In this document: piece by piece, positions 21,897 to 28,958 of the stretch
How positions within the stretch are numbered: the first letter of the stretch is position 1
How the letters are laid out: the number at the start of each line of letters is the position of its first letter
Assembly (NCBI GenBank): GCA_963709585.1
Contig: CAVPXI010000007.1
Span: 320,001-384,000 of the forward strand
Reading direction: 5' to 3'
Length of the DNA stretch: 64,000 nt
From: Candidatus Dormiibacterota bacterium
Lineage (GTDB): Bacteria; Chloroflexota; Dormibacteria; Aeolococcales; Aeolococcaceae
Position numbers and translations under genes: made by a program
Notes under the pieces: generated by a model
Databases searched by the model: none
The model's input: only the letters and a program-made list of their open reading frames with translations
What the model was told of the DNA's origin: nothing

Positions 21897-23291
21897 ATGA
21901 TGGCGGGTCGCGGCCGCTTCGCATTCGATGGTCTGCAGCCGGTGAAAATCGGGAGGATCCGGACCTTTCCTTACCCGAAGTTCTCGCACGTCCCGGGGGA
22001 GGCGGCGGTGCGCGAGATGGCGGATATCGGGATCGTGGAACGGGTGGTGTTGCGAGGTGTGGCGGCGAGGATCGGGGCCGAGCTCGACGCGACGCTAAGT
22101 CCCCGGATGTTCGCGTACCGCCTGATCGAGTTCGGACCGCGGTGGCAACTCCGCCACTACGCCGAGAGCCACGCCGCGTTCCGCGAGGGACAAATAAACT
22201 CCCTGGTGGATAACTGGTGGCCGTATACGCTCTTCACGGATATCGCGTCGTTCTACCCGTCCGTTGACCTCGAGATGCTCGAGCGTGAACTCCGGTACCG
22301 CTGTCCGTCTCCGAGCGCGGCGGAGGCGGTCACCGCCCTGCTCGAGATGCTGCGGAAGTGGCACGACCGGGATCAGCTTGCGGGGCTTCCGATCGGAGAA
22401 GAGGCGGCTGGCATCTTCGCCGCGGCGGTCCTGGCGCCGGTGCACGAGGTGCTCCATCGAGTGGCTGCTGACCACTACGGATACAGCGACGACCTGGTGG
22501 TGTTTGCCGGCAGCGTCAAATCCGGCCGGCATGCCCGCGAGGCACTCGACGGCCGTCTCGCAGAACTTAGGCTCACGCCGCACCCGATCAAGACGCACGA
22601 GGTCGAGAACCCCCTCGACGCCGCGCGCGAGATCCAGAACTTCGCCATCTCCTACATCGAGGACTTCGCCGGGTGGATGGACTACCTGCTGCAAGAGAAG
22701 GTGCGCGAGCGGTGGTACGAGCGCGCCGCCGACGCCATCGATGAGCCCTACCAGGTGAGCGAGGTGAAGTATCTGCTCAACAAGATGCGCGCGGCCGGCG
22801 ACCGCCATGCCGTCGGGGGGCTGCTCAAGCGCTGGGACGTGATGGAGCTGTTGCCCAAGGAGACCACCAGGTACCTCGGGGATGTGGCGCTCTACGACCC
22901 GGATGTGGTCGACGCCATGCTCCGGGCTGCCGGCCACCCAGTCACTCGCACTAACGAGGGTCTGGTGCTGCACGCTCTGAAGCTTCTGAGCCGCGCGCCG
23001 CGGGACGATCGGTTGCTCGCGGTGTGCAACCGCGTGCTGGCATCGAAGACGGCAGCGGAGCCGACCAAGGCCTGGGCGGCCTACGCGATGCGACAGGCGC
23101 CGAGTTGGAGTTGGAGCCAGACCATCGAGCGTGCCGAAACCGGACAAAAGTACCTGGTGGGACGAGCGATGCTCGCGTCGACCCGGGGGATTACGGATCT
23201 TCCGGTGACCCGGCGGAGGATCCTCGAATCCATCGGCCGAGACCGGGTAGACATGGCCGCCACCTGTGAGTGGGCGCTGAGAGCCGCCTGA
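21897..23291 (+). CDS. Reverse transcriptase, UG/Abi (defence-associated)-type with helical C-terminal region; true start probably further upstream (~21701)
   Basis: TDIASFYPSV, GLPIG, YGYSDDLVVF, LTPHPIKT; frame open back to 21705 with coding-like HEFPDVLNYEDF; no group II intron X/En domain or retron VTG motif seen. Confidence 0.88.
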   Translation: MMAGRGRFAFDGLQPVKIGRIRTFPYPKFSHVPGEAAVREMADIGIVERVVLRGVAARIGAELDATLSPRMFAYRLIEFGPRWQLRHYAESHAAFREGQINSLVDNWWPYTLFTDIASFYPSVDLEMLERELRYRCPSPSAAEAVTALLEMLRKWHDRDQLAGLPIGEEAAGIFAAAVLAPVHEVLHRVAADHYGYSDDLVVFAGSVKSGRHAREALDGRLAELRLTPHPIKTHEVENPLDAAREIQNFAISYIEDFAGWMDYLLQEKVRERWYERAADAIDEPYQVSEVKYLLNKMRAAGDRHAVGGLLKRWDVMELLPKETTRYLGDVALYDPDVVDAMLRAAGHPVTRTNEGLVLHALKLLSRAPRDDRLLAVCNRVLASKTAAEPTKAWAAYAMRQAPSWSWSQTIERAETGQKYLVGRAMLASTRGITDLPVTRRRILESIGRDRVDMAATCEWALRAA

Positions 23292-23380
23292 GGCAACGTA
23301 ACAGTCCCGCCAATGTTGCACTGGTCTGTTCGCAGCGCGTGACCGCATCTCTTCCAATACCAAGCGGATGCGAAATCGCA

Positions 23381-23444
23381 TTGGAGGAGAAGAGAGCGAT
23401 TCGAGCCTCAGATCGACTGAGCCAGCGTTAGGCGTTCTACGTGG
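23381..23444 (-). repeat. Degenerate att site (tRNA-Gln 3' half plus element arm), copy B
   Basis: 23398-23425 gattcgagcctcagatcgactgagccag matches tRNA 26904-26931 at 23/28, ending at the anticodon; ttgg (CCA end) and purine tract align further left. Confidence 0.8.
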
Positions 23445-23504
23445 CGTTCGCGATTTCGGTGGTCATGAACTGATTGGCATCGAATGAGCGCGCATCCCCG
23501 GTCA

Positions 23505-23520
23505 TCAGGAGCGACTAATC
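23505..23520 (+). repeat. 16-bp direct repeat TCAGGAGCGACTAATC, copy 1 (possible integrase arm site)
   Basis: Identical to 26800-26815. Confidence 0.75.
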
Positions 23521-23791
23521 TCCTGCCTCCGGGTCCTTGAGCATCCGTCCATGTCCGCTCACGCTTACTCACCGTGGTGCACGCGGGCACGCACCACGAG
23601 CAGCGTTCGCGGGGCCAGATTTCAGGAGCGATCGCTGCACCGTTGGTGGCCGTCGAGGTTCAGCGATGCTCGCCGGTGCGATCCCTGATGGCCCCATCGC
23701 CTCACCAAACGCCTCGAGAGCTCCCTCTCACATTCGCCCTCCACGGGTGCGGGGTCGGTGCTCCTTAACATCAGACGCCTCATCGGGCGTG

Positions 23792-24544
23792 TCAGCTGTC
23801 CACAAAGTCGGGGGCATATCGGCGTCGTTCCTCATCTGCCTGATCGAGCGCATCCACAACCGGTTTCCACACCGCGTCCGGACGACCGCCGCCTCGGCGA
23901 TACCCCTTGCCTGCGTCCAGATGGAGTCCGTCAAAGAGCGACTCGATCCGTCGCCGTAGGTTCGGCCACTCTGCGAACGCCGCGCCATCGGTTCGGAACC
24001 GCGTGACAATCGATTCGATCGCGTCGGCGACTTCGGCCGCAATGATCTCCTGGCTCTCCTCCCGATCGAAGGATGGATAGGGTCGGATCCGGGCCCATAT
24101 CTGTGCCACCTCGACCCGCGCATCCGGAGCGCCGGCGATCAGATGTTTGACGGCGACCACGAGCTCGTCGGGGGCACGATGCAGCTTCGCTTCGAGAGAT
24201 TCGGCCCTGGTCCGTAGTAAGGAGCAGGCATCGGTCATCGACGCAAGGCGCTGTCGTGTCGCCGTTAGCTCCAGTTCCACTTGTCCGTGTGCCTCGGCCC
24301 TACGCTGCAACGCGTCGTGTGCCTCGACGATCCTGGCAAGAGCGTCTCGTGTCGCCGCTAGCTCTCGACGGACCTCGGCGCGGGCAGCGGTGAGGGCGTC
24401 CGCCTTGATCTTCGCGACGTCAAGCGCTGCCAGACGAGCGTATTCCGAAGGCTTCACGCCCATGCCGCGGGCCAGGGTGTCGATGGTCTGCCGCTCTGCC
24501 TTGCTTTACCGAAAGGCGAGCGTCCGACTACGTTGTTCGGCCAT
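23792..24544 (-). pseudogene. MobC-like ribbon-helix-helix plus coiled-coil protein with in-frame TAA at codon 13
   Basis: MAEQRSRTLAFR*SKAERQTIDTLARGMGVKPSEYARLAAL fits the RHH/MobC pattern across the stop; continues in frame into ORF 23792-24463. Confidence 0.62.
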
Positions 24545-24587
24545 CGTGATGGCGGGTGTCAGGCTCCCCGACCCCGCGAGCCTGATC

Positions 24588-24647
24588 CGTTTGCATACCG
24601 TTTCGACTACGTTTACGCGCCGTTTGCACCGCGTTTGCGACGCGGTT
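24588..24647. repeat. Six phased CGTTT motifs with exact 11-bp period
   Basis: CGTTT at 24588, 24599, 24610, 24621, 24632 and CGGTT at 24643. Confidence 0.85.
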
Positions 24648-25149
24648 CCGAGGCCACTGCGGGGTCTCTACGCGCGCGCGTAAGGGTGCTGCGCGGCACG
24701 TGTATGCGACCCGTTCCACGGGGCATCCTGTGCGGCCCCGCGTGCGCGAGGCTAGGCCCCACGGACTCGGGTCGGTCGAGAGGGTCCGTCGCCATCGCTC
24801 ACAGGTCGACCCACGGCTGATCGCCGGCGGGCCACCCACAGCCCGCACCAAGTGGCTCGTCAACACGAGTGACCGGCAGGCCGTCGAGGGAGACGCTGGT
24901 CGGCTGCCTGGCCTCGCATGTCGCCGCGGCGATGGGCGCAAGCGTCGTAGCCAGCCGCTGCACGCTCGGCCAGTGCACTTGCAGGAGACCGCGCCTTCGA
25001 GGAACTGGCAGAGGACTCTGGCGGACGCCCCTTGCATCGCACCGAGTGGGCCGTCAGGAACGTACGACACTCCCGCGAGGACCGAGTCAAGGTCCGGGAA
25101 CATCTGCCAAGTGCACCGGACCACCCTCAGCTGGCCGCAAAACTGCCGG

Positions 25150-25358
25150 ATATGGACATTTCCCATCAGCACTCGAAGTCCCTGGTGGAGACACCTGCAT
25201 CCACGACGAACATTCGGCAAAGGCTCTGATGCGTATTCAACGCACTGCGAAACTGACATATATGGACATTTCCCATCAACCATCGTCGTCTCCGGACCTG
25301 ATGGGAGAAGTTACATTAACCGATGGGTAACTCCATATCCCATAAGGGATATCCATAC
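25150..25358. promoter_or_regulatory. Operator-like direct and inverted repeats upstream of the XRE gene
   Basis: ATATGGACATTTCCCATCA at 25150-25168 and 25260-25278; degenerate inverted copies TGATGGGAGAAGTTACAT (25299) and CGATGGGTAACTCCATAT (25321). Confidence 0.7.
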
Positions 25359-25499
25359 TGCGAGGTACCTTGACGTCCGATCGCGCAACGCGCATCATGC
25401 CCACATGATCTGCACAAGACGGGTGGCGATGCCATCCACTGCCGCCGAGACAGACGCGGCGCAGGTGTAGCGTCCGGCAATGACTGACGAGGGAGAGCT

Positions 25500-25763
25500 A
25501 TGAGTATCCGCATCAACGGCGAGGTCTTGAAACACATGGCCGCGCTTCGCGGTTGGAATGGCTCGGCCCTCGCCAAGAAGGCGGGCGTGGTCAACTCCAC
25601 GGTGAGCAGGGCCTTCGCCGGCGACGAAATATCGGTGACGACGCTGAGGCTCTTGGCCACAGCCCTGAAAGAAACGTCCGTCGACGAGGTTATCGAAAGG
25701 TTGCTCGGCCGAGGCGACCCGCCGCCCGAAGATGATCGGCCACCCACACCCGGGAACACGTAG
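25500..25763 (+). CDS. XRE-family helix-turn-helix regulator
   Basis: LRGWNGSALAKKAGVVNSTVSRAFAG; GAGGGAG RBS. Confidence 0.85.
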   Translation: MSIRINGEVLKHMAALRGWNGSALAKKAGVVNSTVSRAFAGDEISVTTLRLLATALKETSVDEVIERLLGRGDPPPEDDRPPTPGNT

Positions 25764-25792
25764 CGAGCTGATGGCGTCGGTGCACTCGGAGC

Positions 25793-26734
25793 TCACCGCC
25801 GGCTCGGGGACGTGAGCGCTCTGACCATGGCGTTGTAGCTGTCGTCCTTGTTGAGGTGGGCGTAGCAGCTGGCGATGACCTCAGGGGATGCTCCGGCGAT
25901 GAAAGACAGCTGCACTGAGTTCATGTCCCGGCGCAGCATCTCGGTGATCCAGGAATGCCGGAGCAAGTGGGGGTGTATGCGCTTGGGAATCCCGGCTTTG
26001 GCGACGGTGTCCTTGACGATTTGATAGACGCCGCCGCTGGTCAGGGCGTCATAGTCGCCGAGTGGGCCGCGCCGAGAGGTCAGGAAGATTGCATCCGAGC
26101 TGCGCTCGTCTGGGCGATCCGAGATCAGCCGGTCGAGCCGACGGGCGAGGGTTGGCGGCACCGGCACATCCCGGATTCGATCGCGCTTACCGTGGACGCG
26201 AACGTGCACCTGCCGGCCGCTGCGGATCAGGTCGCCGGCGGTGAGGCGCGTGAGCTCGTCGAGCCGGAGGCCGCAGTCGGCGAACACCCGGATGATCACC
26301 TTGTCCCTCTCCAGGAGCGCTGCCTGCTCGAGCTGATCAATCTCGGCGCGGCTGAGCACGTCTCGGATGGGGCGGCCTCGGCGGGGAAGCTGAGGCTTCG
26401 CGGTGACCACTTCGCCTTCCCGACTCGCCCAGCCGAATAGCAGGCGAATCGGACGGATGTAGGTGGCGACCGTGTGCTTGAAGAGCGGCTGGCCCGCTTT
26501 CGTGGTACGAGTGAGGAGCTCCGAGGTGAACCGGTCGATGGCGCGGCGGTCCAGCTGGCTGAGGTCGGTGATGCCCTCCCGTTCGCACCAGGGGAGAAAC
26601 ACCGACTGGATCGAGTAGGTGTACTGGTGTTCGCTGCGCGGCGACAGGCCGCGCGCCCGGCAGTTGCTCAGATAGTCGTCGGCGAGGCGCGTCAGTGAGG
26701 ACGGGGCCCTGCTCTTGAGGAGTCGTACGGTCAT
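25793..26734 (-). CDS. Tyrosine recombinase / phage integrase
   Basis: SAM-like N-terminus; CGLRLDEL, HGKRD, HPHLLRH, C-terminal YAHL; adjacent to tRNA 3' end. Confidence 0.93.
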   Translation of the reverse strand: MTVRLLKSRAPSSLTRLADDYLSNCRARGLSPRSEHQYTYSIQSVFLPWCEREGITDLSQLDRRAIDRFTSELLTRTTKAGQPLFKHTVATYIRPIRLLFGWASREGEVVTAKPQLPRRGRPIRDVLSRAEIDQLEQAALLERDKVIIRVFADCGLRLDELTRLTAGDLIRSGRQVHVRVHGKRDRIRDVPVPPTLARRLDRLISDRPDERSSDAIFLTSRRGPLGDYDALTSGGVYQIVKDTVAKAGIPKRIHPHLLRHSWITEMLRRDMNSVQLSFIAGASPEVIASCYAHLNKDDSYNAMVRALTSPSRR

Positions 26735-26799
26735 GGTGGAAGCCCTTCACGCAGATATTTGTGGATTTATCGTCGTCGACTGAGCCGAAAAATCAATGC

Positions 26800-26815
26800 T
26801 CAGGAGCGACTAATC
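26800..26815 (+). repeat. 16-bp direct repeat TCAGGAGCGACTAATC, copy 2
   Basis: Identical to 23505-23520; TCGACTGAGCC at 26776 also recurs at 23413. Confidence 0.75.
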
Positions 26816-26888
26816 GGGTGATGTTTTGGGGACTTATCCACAGGTCGAAATCACCCGAAAAGGCCCGAATCGAATTCAAAATTCGGCT

Positions 26889-26963
26889 TGGCTGGGGAGG
26901 GAGGATTCGAACCTCCGATTGGCTGATCCAGAATCAGCTGCCTTACCACTTGGCCACTCCCCA
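26889..26963 (-). tRNA. tRNA-Gln (CTG)
   Basis: TGGGGAGTGGCCAAGTGGTAAGGCAGCTGATTCTGGATCAGCCAATCGGAGGTTCGAATCCTCCCTCCCCAGCCA: cloverleaf, anticodon CTG, GTTCGAAT T-loop, encoded CCA. Confidence 0.97.
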
Positions 26964-27041
26964 GCGGAGGCCATCGAGTGTACCGGACGCCTCCCAGCGC
27001 CCCTGTTTGCCACCTCGGCACGCGGCATATACTGGACAGTG

Positions 27042-27362
27042 ATGGACTTGCTCGAGTTGCTCCGCTTCCAGGCCCGGCGCTATCGGTGCTCCGCCTGCGG
27101 CGAGAACATGGCCGACTGCGGGATCAATGTTCTTGCACAGCAGGGCAATCGGGCACTGGTCCGCGTCACCTGCGCGTCGTGCAACGACGAGAACCTGCTT
27201 CAGATCATCTTCCAGACCGAGGCCGAGGAGAGCAAGGTCCCCGCCATCGACGAGGGCTTCCCCGACGTCGCCGACCCGATCACCGGTGACGAGATGCTCG
27301 AGCTCCACTCCATCCTCTCCTCGCACGAAGGCGCACTGACCGAGCTGCTCGTCAAGCGCTGA
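27042..27362 (+). CDS. Small zinc-ribbon protein (two CxxC)
   Basis: CSACG and CASCN; strong GC3 codon bias; TATACT -10 at 27028. Confidence 0.75.
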   Translation: MDLLELLRFQARRYRCSACGENMADCGINVLAQQGNRALVRVTCASCNDENLLQIIFQTEAEESKVPAIDEGFPDVADPITGDEMLELHSILSSHEGALTELLVKR

Positions 27363-27403
27363 CGGCGATCTCCGCCGGGGGTCGTGCGACACTTCCCCGC
27401 CAT

Positions 27404-27802
27404 ATGGCGAGCCTCGATCCCGGCCAGAGCATGGTGTTCGACGCCCTCTACGGGCTCGAGTTCGGCGAGACCACCCCGGAACACATGACCGCCTCGTGCC
27501 CGGTCACCCCCAAGGTCCTCCAGCCGTTCGGGATCGTCCACGGCGGCGTCTTCTGCGCGATGGGCGAGACCCTCACCTCGGTCGGCACCTACCTGGGAGT
27601 CAAAGACGCCGGCAACATCTCGGTCGGGATGTCCAACAACATGAGCTTCCTCCGCCCCATCACCAACGGCACCATCCATGCCGACGCGAGGCCGCGCCAC
27701 CGCGGGCGCACGACCTGGATCTGGGACGTGGAGATCACCAACGACGACGGCGCGCTCTGCGCCATCGGCCGGATCACGATCGCGGTTCGGCCCCGGCCCT
27801 AG
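27404..27802 (+). CDS. PaaI family thioesterase
   Basis: QPFGIVHGG..GET, SFLRP, HRGRTT hot-dog motifs. Confidence 0.9.
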   Translation: MASLDPGQSMVFDALYGLEFGETTPEHMTASCPVTPKVLQPFGIVHGGVFCAMGETLTSVGTYLGVKDAGNISVGMSNNMSFLRPITNGTIHADARPRHRGRTTWIWDVEITNDDGALCAIGRITIAVRPRP

Positions 27803-28208
27803 TCTCCTGGCGGTCGACCAGCCGCTTGGCCGCGTAGGCGCCGCCCGCCGAGCCGGCCGCGGACACCCCGCGGAGCACGACCTTCTGCCAGATCGGGGTC
27901 TTGTCGCCCCCCTTTTTGATCTCCTTGCGCAGTGCGTGCAGTTCGGCCGCGAGGTCGTCCAGCGTGACCAGCGCCGTCTCCTCCTCCTCGGCGACTTCGC
28001 CGCGCAAGCGCGACCGGATGAACACGATCGTCCCGACCAGCGCGATCGCCACCCCGGCGATCGCCGCATATCGCGGGGCATCGCGGCGCAGGCGCGCCTT
28101 CCAGTCGAGCTCGGCACGCACCTTCTGCTCCAGCCGGCCGGCGCTCTGCTCGAGCGCCTGCTTGCTCAGCTCCCGCTGACGCTGCGCTTGGTCAGTTCCC
28201 GGAGCCAC
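27774..28208 (-). CDS. Hypothetical membrane-anchored protein (DUF3618-like)
   Basis: Coiled N-terminus, one TM helix; GTG 28208 overlaps upstream gene. Confidence 0.6.
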   Translation of the reverse strand: MAPGTDQAQRQRELSKQALEQSAGRLEQKVRAELDWKARLRRDAPRYAAIAGVAIALVGTIVFIRSRLRGEVAEEEETALVTLDDLAAELHALRKEIKKGGDKTPIWQKVVLRGVSAAGSAGGAYAAKRLVDRQETRAGAEPRS

Positions 28209-28597
28209 TCGGCATCCTCCTTCAACGTTGCCTGCACGTTCTTCCGTCCCCGTTTGATCACCTTTCTCGCCCGTGATTGCCCGATGAAGATGAGCACCAT
28301 CGCGACGATCAGGAAGATCCCCCCGAGCGCGGCCCATCTCGCCCATTCGCTGCCGAGGATTGTCAGCCCCGACGGCAGCGCACCCAAAGCCTCGATCACA
28401 CCGATCAAGAGGAACACGAATGCGACCATGATCATCGCGATCGCGATTGCGAGCTGAATGATCGCTCGCTTCAGCTCGGCGCCGACCACCTCCATCTCGG
28501 CGCGCGCCAGCTTGATGGCGTCCTCGACCACCTGACGCGCGAGCGAGATGGGGTCGGTGCTCTCAGGCGCGTCGCCGTCCACAGTACCTCCAGGCAT
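28166..28597 (-). CDS. Phage-holin-family (YqjE-like) membrane protein
   Basis: LARAEMEV..ELK followed by two TM helices and TLKEDAEWL. Confidence 0.75.
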   Translation of the reverse strand: MPGGTVDGDAPESTDPISLARQVVEDAIKLARAEMEVVGAELKRAIIQLAIAIAMIMVAFVFLLIGVIEALGALPSGLTILGSEWARWAALGGIFLIVAMVLIFIGQSRARKVIKRGRKNVQATLKEDAEWLRELTKRSVSGS

Positions 28598-28733
28598 TGG
28601 ATCGGGAGCTCAACGCGACACTCCAGTGCGGCGCGTCGCCCGCAAGCTCACCCAAACTCGCAGGGTTGCATGATACTGGCGCGTACCACGGGGGGCGTAA
28701 CCCGAGCCGTACCCACCCCGTTGGACCCACCAG

Positions 28734-28928
28734 ATGGCCGAAATTTCTCCACTTCGACGTCTCCCCCGCGGCGGGCCCGACGGCTCTGCCGACCTGGCGG
28801 TTCGCCAGCGATACCTCCGCCGCAGCCGTCGCTTCGAGACCGGCCGCGCGTGGATCACCGTGTGGGTCGCCGCCTTCGCCGTCGTCGGCTGGCTCTTCAT
28901 CGCGGGGTTTGCCGGCTTCAACCACTGA
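28734..28928 (+). CDS. Small membrane protein
   Basis: 64 aa with C-terminal TM helix filling an intergenic gap. Confidence 0.5.
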   Translation: MAEISPLRRLPRGGPDGSADLAVRQRYLRRSRRFETGRAWITVWVAAFAVVGWLFIAGFAGFNH

Positions 28929-28958
28929 ACCCGAAGGGGGGTCCAGGCTCCGCGAGCG

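Larger units (their letters stand above)
1..26888. mobile_element. tRNA-Gln-anchored genomic (defence) island, left end not seen in window
   Basis: Integrase directly 3' of tRNA-Gln; degenerate tRNA 3'-half copies at ~19617 and ~23398; cargo of restriction-like, TA and RT genes; AT-richer intergenic DNA than the right half. Confidence 0.8.
23426..26888. mobile_element. Minimal integrative element (integrase, XRE regulator, MobC-like gene) between tRNA-Gln and att copy B
   Basis: Bounded by tRNA and its degenerate 3'-half copy; exact 16-bp repeat TCAGGAGCGACTAATC near both ends. Confidence 0.7.

Noticed and set aside
21476-23291. Retron, group II intron or DGR interpretation of the RT
   Set aside because: No retron VTG/NAxxH motifs or long msd hairpin, no intron domain V or maturase domain, and no TR/VR repeat pair seen.
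23405-23433. Integron attC-like end (CTGAGCCAGCGTTAGGC) after the RT, with a partial inverted copy at 21496-21509
   Set aside because: No matching RYYYAAC and L box at attC distance, the integrase lacks an obvious IntI insertion, and the site is better explained as a tRNA-derived att junction.
24528-25470. ORFs 24528-25283 (-) and 24700-25470 (+) as a replication protein
   Set aside because: No Rep, primase or relaxase motif and poor codon bias; may be a decayed gene but cannot be supported.
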